The notes under the pieces were generated by a model, which did not search any database, was not told where the DNA came from, and saw nothing but the letters and a program-made list of their open reading frames with translations. This document shows, piece after piece, positions 1 through 9,000 of a stretch of DNA of 64,000 nt (its first letter is position 1; every line of letters starts with the position of its first letter). Source of the DNA: Clostridia bacterium (lineage in GTDB: Bacteria > Bacillota > Clostridia > Christensenellales > CAG-138); NCBI GenBank assembly GCA_017416425.1, contig JAFQCL010000001.1, forward strand, positions 14,291 through 78,290, given 5' to 3'. The translations under genes were made by a program, and so were the position numbers.

Positions 1-42
1 AACAGTTAAGATATCCAAAATTTTAAGGAGAACACTTTTACC

Positions 43-945
43 ATGAAAAAATTTCTTGCTGTGATATTTTCACTGCTTTTAGTATTTACGGCGTTTATGG
101 CTACCGGCTGTATTTGCGGCATGTGCGGCCAGGATGACGGGACAAAGGTCGCTATACTTCTTCCCGAAACAAACGATGCTGTTTCCGAGGAGCTTATAAA
201 CGACACTACACTTGCCATACAGAGCATGAGCACCCTCTATGCTATAGAATACATAGTGCGCACATCAAGTGATGCTGCCTCTCAAAATGCCGTTTTGGAT
301 CAGGTCATAGCCTGGAATGCCGATGCTATCGTGCTTTATCCGATAGACGCCGAAAATGAGGAGACCATCGAGTTTTCCAAAGCCGCGGTGGAAAAAGGCT
401 GCGCGCTCTTGCTCGTTGAAAAAGAACTTGAAGGCGTTACCCCAAATTGCATGGTAAGACTTGATAGCGCATATACTGATACGGATACCGCCATTGATGA
501 GTTCGTATCGGCATATGCCGAGGAAAATAGGTTTACCGAAAGCCGCTTAAGCATCAGCGCCGAGGCTGGAGATATAACGGCAGCAAACCGCGAGGAAGCA
601 AAGGCGGCCACCATAGCGTATCTTGAAGCAAATGGCAGCGATTCCTCCGTAAATGTGCTGGTATGTGAAAATGACGACATTGCGCTGGGCGTTCTGGACG
701 CATTTTCTGAGCATAAAGGCAAGGAGCCGGGCGTAAAGCTCCTTATATCCAAGGGAGGCGCTACACATCTGCTTACGCTTGAAAACGATCAGAAATTTGA
801 TGTGGCAAGCGTAACATATGGCGAATATGCCCTTCTTGGCGCGGTGCAGCTTGCCTGCCACTATGCCCTTAAGGATTCCTCGTTCGGACTGGGCACGACC
901 CTTGAGGTCGATGAAATGGGTATTACCGTAATACTTGGAAGATAA
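43..945 (+). CDS. Lipoprotein with periplasmic-binding-protein type I (sugar-binding-like) fold
   Basis: ATG after AGGAG. Signal peptide with lipobox (FMATGC). Alternating beta-alpha pattern (KVAILLPE, ADAIVLYP, ALLLVE, VLVCENDDIALG) typical of RbsB/LacI-type binding domains. No cognate permease or ATPase in the window. Confidence 0.6.
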   Translation: MKKFLAVIFSLLLVFTAFMATGCICGMCGQDDGTKVAILLPETNDAVSEELINDTTLAIQSMSTLYAIEYIVRTSSDAASQNAVLDQVIAWNADAIVLYPIDAENEETIEFSKAAVEKGCALLLVEKELEGVTPNCMVRLDSAYTDTDTAIDEFVSAYAEENRFTESRLSISAEAGDITAANREEAKAATIAYLEANGSDSSVNVLVCENDDIALGVLDAFSEHKGKEPGVKLLISKGGATHLLTLENDQKFDVASVTYGEYALLGAVQLACHYALKDSSFGLGTTLEVDEMGITVILGR

Positions 946-964
946 CTAAAGGAGCCTTTTTGTA

Positions 965-1609
965 ATGAATGATCTTTGCCGCTACATAGACCATACGCTG
1001 CTTAAGCCTGATGCAGTCACCATTGATATAGAGAGGATATGCATGGAGGCTATGCGGCATAAGTTTAAAAGTGTATGTGTAAATTCAGTGTGGGCTGGCT
1101 ATGCCGGGAATCTGCTTCAGCATACGGACGTAGAGCTTTGTTGTGTTGTGGGCTTCCCCTTTGGTGCATCGGCAGGCTCCGTTAAAGCTTTTGAGGCGTC
1201 ATATTGTGTCATTATGGGGGCTACCGAAATAGACATGGTCATGGATATAGGCGCTGCACTTGAAGGCAGATGGGATGATGTTGTTTTGGATATCAAAAAT
1301 GTAGTGCGCGCGGTAAAGGACAAGGCCAAGGTAAAGGTTATAATAGAAACAGGTCTTTTAAATAACGAACAAAAGCGCACCGCCTGCAAATGCGTAATGG
1401 ACGCGGGCGCTCACTTTGTAAAAACTTCGACCGGCTTTATAAAGGGCGGCGCTACTGCCGAGGATATTGAGCTTATAAAGAGCGTAGTGGGCACAGAGCT
1501 TGGCATAAAAGCCTCAGGCGGCATACGCACAAGAAAGGACGCTCTTACCATGATATCTATGGGAGCCACCAGGATAGGCACCAGCAGCGCTATGAGTATT
1601 ATTTTATAG
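965..1609 (+). CDS. deoC: Deoxyribose-phosphate aldolase
   Basis: 214 aa. Motifs IDHTLLKP, VGFPFGA, Schiff-base lysine context FVKTSTGF, and KASGGIRT. Confidence 0.9.
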   Translation: MNDLCRYIDHTLLKPDAVTIDIERICMEAMRHKFKSVCVNSVWAGYAGNLLQHTDVELCCVVGFPFGASAGSVKAFEASYCVIMGATEIDMVMDIGAALEGRWDDVVLDIKNVVRAVKDKAKVKVIIETGLLNNEQKRTACKCVMDAGAHFVKTSTGFIKGGATAEDIELIKSVVGTELGIKASGGIRTRKDALTMISMGATRIGTSSAMSIIL

Positions 1610-2190
1610 CCGAGGAAGGCTGTTTGTTGCTGAAAATTCTTTCATATTTAGGCTCTATTTTGGTGTTATCACTAAAATTGATACCTGAATTAAGGCTATT
1701 AATTAGAAGTTATGTATTTGATCAAAATAAGATGGCGGTGCTCCTTAAAAATGAAACCGCTTTTTAGATTTACAAGAAAAATCTGCTTACTAAAGTAAGG
1801 GTCAGTATTATTTCGTATTCCTTGTAATGCATTAAAATTGAAAAACAGACGAGTAAATTTAAATTGGTTTTTGGAATTCTTTTATCATAAAACGGATGGT
1901 ATTCTGAATTCGACTGTAGTATAATATGGCCGTAGAGCGCTGATAAAAGCATCCTTTTTAAGGCGTAGCAATTGGAAAGGGTGTTTTTATAACAATCTTC
2001 TTTCACTGTAAGGGTTTATGATAGGCTGCTTAGTCCTTTTGCGCCGTTATTCAGCCGATATTTCAAAGTTTGAAGGTTTTAATGGAGTCATACATCGAAA
2101 GCCCGCCGGGTTATGCTGCTGTGCGAATCGATTTATCGGTGGAATTTTCTCTAAAAATTGAAAAAACTTATTTTAAAGGAGCTATATATT

Positions 2191-2487
2191 ATGATCATCA
2201 ATAAGAGTGTAACCAATGAAACTCTCACCCTCTTTGTCGAGGGCAGGCTGGATACCACCACTGCACCTGAATTAGAAGCAGCCCTTAGCGCCTCTCTTTC
2301 AGGAATAAATGCGCTTGTCATTGACCTGGCTAAGCTTGAATACATCTCTTCTGCAGGACTGCGTGTGATTCTAAAGGCGCAGAAGCTAATGAACATGCTG
2401 GGTACTATGAAGCTTATCAACGTAAACGAAAGCATCATGGAGGTTTTTGAGATCACCGGCTTTGTCGATATTTTGACCATTGAATAA
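2191..2487 (+). CDS. STAS-domain anti-sigma-factor antagonist (SpoIIAA/RsbV-like)
   Basis: 98 aa. ATG at 2191 lies 9 nt after AAGGAG; the tracked ORF starts earlier at a TTG. The motif LEYISSAGLRVIL contains the phosphorylatable Ser context (ISSAGL) typical of STAS antagonists. Confidence 0.85.
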   Translation: MIINKSVTNETLTLFVEGRLDTTTAPELEAALSASLSGINALVIDLAKLEYISSAGLRVILKAQKLMNMLGTMKLINVNESIMEVFEITGFVDILTIE

Positions 2488-2504
2488 GCAAAAGGAGGTT
2501 TAAC

Positions 2505-3110
2505 ATGAAATCCAATATATGCCAAATAGAAAAAGGCGAAGCGAACCTTCGCGCTATCTTGAAAGAGACCGATAAGGTAGCCGTTTATAATGAGCTCAAG
2601 CCCAAATCGGCTCTTCGTCTTCGTCTTCTCTCTGAAGAGCTTTTGGGAATGCTTTCCGGGCTTTTTAAAAACTTTGAAGGTCTATTCTGGATTGAAACCG
2701 AAGGTTTAAGGTATGAGCTGCATGTTTCCTTGAAAGCAGATAAAATGAGCTCCGAACTTCGCGATGACCTTGTTGCTGTATCAAAAAACAAGAAAAATGC
2801 TGCCGCTGTTGGCATTACGGGCAAGATACGTTCTATCGTAGACAGCATGATACTATATACCGATGATTATGACCAGTATGCTGCAAGCTATGACTATTTT
2901 GATTACTATGTAGAGCCCCATTTGGTGATGGATCGCGGTTACTCCTATGCCTGGTCGCTTGAGCGGTATAGGACACAGGTAAACGAAAAGGAAAACACCG
3001 AAGCGTGGGATGAACTTGAAAAATCCATTATTGCGAACCTTGCAGATGACGTGCTTGTAGGAGTAAAAGGAAAGCAGGTCGATATCGTCATCAAAAAAAC
3101 ATTTTCATGA
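2505..3110 (+). CDS. Hypothetical protein in the partner-switching operon (no recognisable domain)
   Basis: Strong RBS (AAAGGAGG) 6 nt upstream and 17 nt after the STAS stop. 201 aa, acidic/aromatic-rich middle (DDYDQYAASYDYFDYY). No GHKL N/G boxes visible. Confidence 0.6.
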   Translation: MKSNICQIEKGEANLRAILKETDKVAVYNELKPKSALRLRLLSEELLGMLSGLFKNFEGLFWIETEGLRYELHVSLKADKMSSELRDDLVAVSKNKKNAAAVGITGKIRSIVDSMILYTDDYDQYAASYDYFDYYVEPHLVMDRGYSYAWSLERYRTQVNEKENTEAWDELEKSIIANLADDVLVGVKGKQVDIVIKKTFS

Positions 3111-3378
3111 TAGAAAAAAGAATTAGACCAAGGTAAACAGACCAATTACATCACCTTGGATGGGGCGGGGTGCCGCTACTGTCCTAAGACTTATAAATAT
3201 GTCTAAAATGGCATTTAGGCAAGTCGATGTTTGGGTCTGATCTGATGAGGGGCGTTCTTTTGCAATGCAATGGCCTAAGGGGATAAATACCGGCAAATAT
3301 GGGCGGGAGTTTTAACTGGCGTTATGCGCTTTGCAATATTTCCACCTTTAAAAATAATATAAAAGGTATCTATGTAAT

Positions 3379-6198
3379 ATGACCATATTCAGGTTGATAG
3401 CGGCAGCTCTGCTTCCGGTTCTTTTTGCTATTTTCTTTTACATATTGGAAAAGAAAACAAAGTTTGCGAAATTTCCGTACTTTGTAAAACAGATTATTAT
3501 CGGTATTGTTTTCGGCGGTATAGCTGTTTTGGCCACCGAATTTGGCATAGCGGTGGAAGATGCGGTGCTTAATGTCCGCAACGCTGCGCCTCTCACAGCA
3601 GGTTTGCTCTTTGGGGGTCCCGCGGGTATTATTGCCGGACTCATCGGCGGCATTCACCGCTGGTTTTGCGTACTTTGGGGCTCTGCGGGTACCTATACAC
3701 GGATTGCCTGCTCCCTCGCTACCGTTTTTGCCGGATTTTTCGGTGCAGCATGCCGAAAGTTGATGTTTGACAACAAAAAAACATCCTGGTTTTACGGATT
3801 TGCACTCGGTGTCACTACCGAGGTGCTCCATATGCTGCTTTTGTTTTTGACAAATATGAACGATATCGACACCGCGTTTACCTATGTTGCAAAGTGTGCA
3901 ATGCCAATGATAATCGCAAACTCATTGTCGGTCATGCTGTCCTTGCTCCTTGTTTCTTTGATTGGAAAAGAGAAGCTAAGAAAACCGCGTGAAAAGAAGC
4001 AGATTGCGCAGATATTTCAGTTTTTGCTTTTGATCTGCGTGATTGTGGCTTTTTTTGTGACAAGCGGATTCACATATTCTTTACAAACAAAAATTTCTGT
4101 TGCCGATGCGGATCAGCTTTTAAGGCTAAATCTTGAGGATGTAAAGGCTGATATTACAGACGCGTCCGATGCGAACCTTCTTGATCTTACAAGGCGTATA
4201 GCGGATGATATCAGCATTTTGAGCGCCTCAGCGGAACTTTCCGCACTTGCAAAGAAATATAATGTTTCGGAGATAAACATAGTTGGTCAAAACGGTATTA
4301 TTCAATCAAGCAGCCGCTATGATTTTATCGGCTTTGATATGAACAGCGGCGAACAATCCAAAGAGTTTCTTGTACTTTTAAATGGAGCCACCGAATTTGT
4401 TCAGGAATATCAACCTATTTCATTTAGCTCCGAATTATCCATGAAATATGCCGGAGTATCTATCCAGGGAGGAGGATTTGTTCAAGTAGGTTATAACTCA
4501 TCCCGCTTCCAGAAGGACATTGCGGATCATGTAAAGCTCGCGGCTCGGAACAGGCATATCGGAACGGACGGATTTGTTATGATATGTGATGAGCAGTTTA
4601 ATGTTGTAAGCTCGCCCTATGAGGAACATATCGGAACGCCCCTTCAATTCGAAACCGATAACACGCTGGAGGAGATGCTTGAGCTTGAGGGGCAGCGATT
4701 TGAAGCCAAGGGAAGGATGGAATACGATGCCTACTGTATGTTCATACGCGCAGAGGGGTACTTTATAATTGCGTCCATACCGATAGAGGAGGCAATGTTT
4801 TCCCGAAATATAGCGGTTTATGTGCTGGCGTTCATGGAGATACTTGTCTTTGCATCGCTCTTTATCTGTGTTTACTTCCTCATAAAGAACCTTGTGGTAG
4901 ACAACATTCATAAGGTAAACGCATCCCTGGCAAAGATTACCGATGGTGATCTTAATATAACGGTCAATGTGCGAGGAAATGAAGAATTCGCTTCTCTCTC
5001 GGATGATATCAACTCTACCGTTAAGACGCTTAAGCATTATATAGCTGAAGCGGCAGCGAGGATAGATAAGGAACTGGAGTTTGCCAAAGCTATTCAACAC
5101 TCGGCTCTACCCTCTGTATTTCCACCATATCCAAGCCGCAGAGACTTTAGTATCTATGCTTCAATGTACACAGCAAAGGAAGTCGGCGGAGACTTCTATG
5201 ATTTCTACCTGCTGAACGATCATACGCTGATATTCCTGATAGCTGATGTCTCAGGCAAGGGTATTCCCGCCGCTATGTTTATGATGACGGCAAAAACCAT
5301 AATAAAAAGCCTCGCTGAAAGCGGTATGGAAATTGATGAGGTATTTTCACAGGCAAATACAAAGCTTTGCCATAACAATGAAGCCGGTATGTTCGTAACT
5401 GCGTGGATGGGTTCACTTGACCTCCAAACCGGTATATTATCATATGTAAATGCGGGGCATAATCCTCCGCTTATCCGTAAGGCGGGCGGCAATTTTGAAT
5501 ATTTAAAGACTCGTCCCAATTTTGTGCTTGCCGGTATGGATGGCGCAAGGTATCGTAAGCATGAATTGCGGCTTGACCCTGATGATACTATCTACCTTTA
5601 TACCGATGGTGTCACGGAAGCCACTAACACCGATACACAGCTTTATGGTGAAGAACGCTTACTGAAGCTTCTTTGCAATTCACAAAGCAATGACCCAAAA
5701 TACCTCTGCATGCTTGTAAAAGACGATGTTGACCTGTTTGTCGGCTCGGCACCGCAGTTTGATGATATCACAATGCTTTCTGTAAAGCTGGATCACATAC
5801 AGACACATGATAGTATTATTACCTATCCAAAAGCTGAATCGTTGCAGATAGTTACAGATTTTCTGGGTAATAAGCTAAAGGAATGGGATATTTCGCTTAA
5901 ATCTGCAAACAGAGTTCATATAGCTTTAGATGAGATATATTCCAACATCATTCACTACAGTGGGGCAACAAGGGCGGAAGTCACTTGTATTCGCTTGGAA
6001 GGTTTAATCAAGCTTATCTTCAAGGACAACGGCACGCCGTATGATCCTACCGCCTTGGAAGACCCTGACATTACCCTTTCCGCCGAGGAGAGGGAGTTTG
6101 GGGGATTGGGTATATTCATGGTGCGTAAATCAGCAAGGGATATGAATTATACCTACGTTGACGGTCTTAACTGCTTAGCGCTTACATTTGAGGTATAA
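3379..6198 (+). CDS. Membrane sensor: LytS-type 5TM receptor, extracytoplasmic domain, HAMP, PP2C (SpoIIE-family) phosphatase and RsbW-like GHKL kinase domain
   Basis: 939 aa. 5TMR-LYT-like signature NVRNAAPLTAGLLFGGPAGIIAGLIGG. Two further TM helices flank aa 232-476. HAMP lies at about aa 503-556. PP2C motifs are EVGGDFYDF, IADVSGKGIPAA, YTDGVTEA and DDITML. The C-terminal 125 aa carry ALDEIYSNIIHY and FGGLGIFMVRK, like HATPase_c_2 anti-sigma kinases. Confidence 0.85.
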   Translation: MTIFRLIAAALLPVLFAIFFYILEKKTKFAKFPYFVKQIIIGIVFGGIAVLATEFGIAVEDAVLNVRNAAPLTAGLLFGGPAGIIAGLIGGIHRWFCVLWGSAGTYTRIACSLATVFAGFFGAACRKLMFDNKKTSWFYGFALGVTTEVLHMLLLFLTNMNDIDTAFTYVAKCAMPMIIANSLSVMLSLLLVSLIGKEKLRKPREKKQIAQIFQFLLLICVIVAFFVTSGFTYSLQTKISVADADQLLRLNLEDVKADITDASDANLLDLTRRIADDISILSASAELSALAKKYNVSEINIVGQNGIIQSSSRYDFIGFDMNSGEQSKEFLVLLNGATEFVQEYQPISFSSELSMKYAGVSIQGGGFVQVGYNSSRFQKDIADHVKLAARNRHIGTDGFVMICDEQFNVVSSPYEEHIGTPLQFETDNTLEEMLELEGQRFEAKGRMEYDAYCMFIRAEGYFIIASIPIEEAMFSRNIAVYVLAFMEILVFASLFICVYFLIKNLVVDNIHKVNASLAKITDGDLNITVNVRGNEEFASLSDDINSTVKTLKHYIAEAAARIDKELEFAKAIQHSALPSVFPPYPSRRDFSIYASMYTAKEVGGDFYDFYLLNDHTLIFLIADVSGKGIPAAMFMMTAKTIIKSLAESGMEIDEVFSQANTKLCHNNEAGMFVTAWMGSLDLQTGILSYVNAGHNPPLIRKAGGNFEYLKTRPNFVLAGMDGARYRKHELRLDPDDTIYLYTDGVTEATNTDTQLYGEERLLKLLCNSQSNDPKYLCMLVKDDVDLFVGSAPQFDDITMLSVKLDHIQTHDSIITYPKAESLQIVTDFLGNKLKEWDISLKSANRVHIALDEIYSNIIHYSGATRAEVTCIRLEGLIKLIFKDNGTPYDPTALEDPDITLSAEEREFGGLGIFMVRKSARDMNYTYVDGLNCLALTFEV

Positions 6199-6312
6199 AA
6201 GGAGATAATAAGTTTGGTGTTATAAAACTCTGTGGTAGAAAGGCGGTATTGATTATAAAACAACTTAAAAGAGTATTTGAGGCCACATAAGCCGTTATTT
6301 AATTCAAAGCGA

Positions 6313-6351
6313 AACGCTCGAAAAGGTGTCAGACCTATGCGGGCGTTTTTT
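6313..6351 (+). terminator. Putative rho-independent terminator downstream of the sensor-phosphatase gene
   Basis: aacgctcg (6313-6320) pairs with cgggcgtt (6340-6347), followed by T6. The loop is long (about 19 nt). Confidence 0.45.
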
Positions 6352-6462
6352 CGCATATTGAAGATATTTGACGAAGGAGACGTCCTAAAAGTACAAATCA
6401 GCCTTTATGGGAAGGTAAAAACACTAAGAGTATACTACGGCAGGATGTGTTCGATAAAAAAA

Positions 6463-6897
6463 CTATATGCAATGATAAATCATATTAACCTCGTGGCAGT
6501 TGTCCTCATCAACAACATCCGTTTCCAAAAAACCGATTTTTTCATATAATTTCTTTGCATTATCATTGCCCCATAGATATGTTGTCGTCAAAACGGACAT
6601 ATGGTACTTTTTTTTCATATAGGAAATGAACTCAAGCAGAGCTTTTGTTCCATATTTTTGGTTTTGGTATCTAAAGTCTATTGCATAATTCCAAAGGAAA
6701 TATTGCCCAATGTCGAATTGTCTTACCATAACAAAACCTATAAGCAAATCATCCTGATATATATCAAAAGCTAAAACGCTTGATTTTAAGCAAGCGGACT
6801 CAATACGCTCTTTCGACAATAACTGATTAACCTGTTCAGGAAAAACAGATACCTTCATGGACTTGGATTTTACAAAACGCATAAATGCCACCTTCAC
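6463..6897 (-). CDS. GNAT-family N-acetyltransferase
   Basis: 144 aa. Acetyl-CoA-binding-like segment RYQNQKYGTKALLEFI and C-terminal KLYEKIGFLETD, typical of GNAT motif A/B. The exact start Met is uncertain. Confidence 0.7.
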   Translation of the reverse strand: MKVAFMRFVKSKSMKVSVFPEQVNQLLSKERIESACLKSSVLAFDIYQDDLLIGFVMVRQFDIGQYFLWNYAIDFRYQNQKYGTKALLEFISYMKKKYHMSVLTTTYLWGNDNAKKLYEKIGFLETDVVDEDNCHEVNMIYHCI

Positions 6898-7840
6898 AAA
6901 TGCTCATTATATAATCAATGGTATCATAAAACAGCAGCTTTAAATGATATATAGCCGTGGCGATACGATATAAGAACCTGCATGCGATAGAACCTTGTTA
7001 TTAACTGCGTTCATAATAATATCCATTGCCGTAGGCATATATCACCCGCCGGAGGTGGATATCATTGTAAAGAACCAACTGGATTTCAATTTAAATTAGT
7101 AACTTATGTTAAATAGTAAAGGTGTTTTTGTTGAATTGTCAGATTAGAGCGGAAGCATATTTAAATAAAATTTATAAAAGGGTATTGCCCAACAATGGTT
7201 TTTCATCCAAAGCTCTTATTACAACGCTCCTTATAAGAGAGATGTGAGATTTGTTTCAAAAGGATGATCTGGCTGACGCTTAATAATTTTAACGCTCTTT
7301 AAATAACGAAAGTTATATTGGTGATATAGCGTTTGAAACTTGTCAAAGCTTAAAACATGTGTGGCTGAGACAGGCGGTGAACGGGACGAAAATAAAATTT
7401 AGCCTGCATTTAATAATAATGAGGTTTGAATAGCTTCTTTGCTTGCTTAGCATTGTGCATTTTTAAAAATAATCCATTGAGCTATAGGCCAATAGCTCCT
7501 TCCCATTCGCTGTAAGGCAGACGCCTACCGCAGATTTTGAGCACATCTCTTGCGCGGCCAATGTTATATGTCCCAAGTTAAAGTGAATGTAATGAAATAA
7601 GTAAGCGCATCTATGAAGCATACTGTTTTACGGATACCGCTATATATAAAAGTTTTCGGGTAAATACTTGGCTGGTTGAGCTAAAAGAAGGAGTCATGTT
7701 CAATCGTATTTGCTATTCTGCGCTGTTTTGCAGTAGAACTTGATCGATAAAATGAAAATACTCCCATATTAAAGGGATGTATGGGTAAAACCTTAAGCAT
7801 CAGGAGAGACGATCGCATGTCATATGAAGGCATAAAACCT

Positions 7841-7894
7841 GCAAAATAAAATAAAAGCTTTCCTATAGGACGCACAGTTCCCAAAGAAAGCTTT
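7841..7894 (-). terminator. Putative terminator of the pot operon
   Basis: aaagctttc (7854-7862) pairs with gaaagcttt (7886-7894). On the minus strand it is followed by a T-rich run (complement of 7841-7853). The 23-nt loop lowers confidence. Confidence 0.4.
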
Positions 7895-7917
7895 AAATTG
7901 ATCGTTTAGCTGCAATA

Positions 7918-9000
7918 TCAGCTCTGTTGTGAGTTTAATACCTCATTCCAAATACGGTCGTAGATCTTGTTTTTATCACCAAGCGATGAGAAGAAATACA
8001 GCTCATACTGGGTGATATCCGGATATGCTATGGGATCGCTTCCGGAGCCTGCGGATTCCTCGTCCAGTGTCTCCATTACCTCGCGAGCCTCGGTTGAGGG
8101 GGAGGAATAACCGATATAATAGGCATTTTTCGCGGCTATGTCGGGACGGCAGAGGAAGTTTATGAAAGCCTCGGCGCCTTCCTTATTCGGACAGTTTTTG
8201 GGTATGCAGAGTGCATCAACGAATATGTTGGAGCCCTCCTTTGGAATAACATAAGCAAGATCCTCGTTTTCGCTTATGCAAAATACGGCATCGCCCTGCC
8301 ATGCAAGTGCAAGCGCTGCTTCACCGGCTATCATCTTGCCCTTATAATCGTCTACCATATAACCAAGCACCAGATCGCTCTGCTCGATCAGCGCCTGCTT
8401 TGCTTCCTCAAGCTCAGCCTCATCTACAGAATTCAGGTCATATCCCAGCATCATGAGCGTAATGCCGATGCTGTCGCGCGCGCTATTGAGCATGAATATG
8501 GAGCTGTCATACTGCTCGTCAAACAGCGCTGTCCAGCTTGTGGGAGGCTCCGATACCATGGTGGTATTATAAAGAATACCCATGGTTCCCCACATATAAG
8601 GGATGGAATACTTATTTTCCGGGTCATATGAGAGGTTTTTATACTCATCATCAATGTATGAATAGTTGGGAACATTCTCAAAATTGATCTCAGCAAGCAA
8701 ATCTTCGCTGATCATACGCTCTATCATGTAGTCCGAAGGGAACAGTACATCGTACTTTCCACCGCCGTTTACGATATCGGTATACATCTGTTCGTTTGTT
8801 TCAAAGAGGGAGTCTATAACGGTATAACCCGTTTCTTCTTCAAACTGGTTGATGACGGTTTCATCGATATAGTCGCCCCAGTTGTAGATGCGGACGACCT
8901 TTTCATCGGGAAGCGAACAGCCGGTAAGCGCAAACAGCATAGCGGCAATGAGGATGAAGCTCCATCCTACTTTTAACAGAGATTTCCAAGTTGTTTTCAT
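7918..9000 (-). CDS. potD: Spermidine/putrescine ABC transporter substrate-binding lipoprotein
   Basis: 360 aa. Lipobox LTGC. PotD-like sequence (RIYNWGDYID, YDVLFPSDYM, IPYMWGTMGI). Last gene of a potABCD-ordered operon. Confidence 0.9.
   Translation of the reverse strand: MKTTWKSLLKVGWSFILIAAMLFALTGCSLPDEKVVRIYNWGDYIDETVINQFEEETGYTVIDSLFETNEQMYTDIVNGGGKYDVLFPSDYMIERMISEDLLAEINFENVPNYSYIDDEYKNLSYDPENKYSIPYMWGTMGILYNTTMVSEPPTSWTALFDEQYDSSIFMLNSARDSIGITLMMLGYDLNSVDEAELEEAKQALIEQSDLVLGYMVDDYKGKMIAGEAALALAWQGDAVFCISENEDLAYVIPKEGSNIFVDALCIPKNCPNKEGAEAFINFLCRPDIAAKNAYYIGYSSPSTEAREVMETLDEESAGSGSDPIAYPDITQYELYFFSSLGDKNKIYDRIWNEVLNSQQS

Noticed and set aside
1770-2006. 78-aa minus-strand ORF in the AT-rich spacer after deoC.
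   Set aside because: It has AT-rich, low-complexity composition, no RBS and no motif. The region 1610-2157 is better treated as an intergenic/promoter region for the STAS operon.
3111-3378. 268-nt spacer before the sensor-phosphatase gene, examined for a riboswitch.
   Set aside because: I could not match it to any riboswitch consensus I know (c-di-GMP, c-di-AMP, SAM, TPP, T-box). It is left unassigned rather than called.
6277-6549. 90-aa ORF downstream of the sensor gene.
   Set aside because: It starts within the terminator region, runs antisense into the 3' end of the GNAT gene, and has no RBS.
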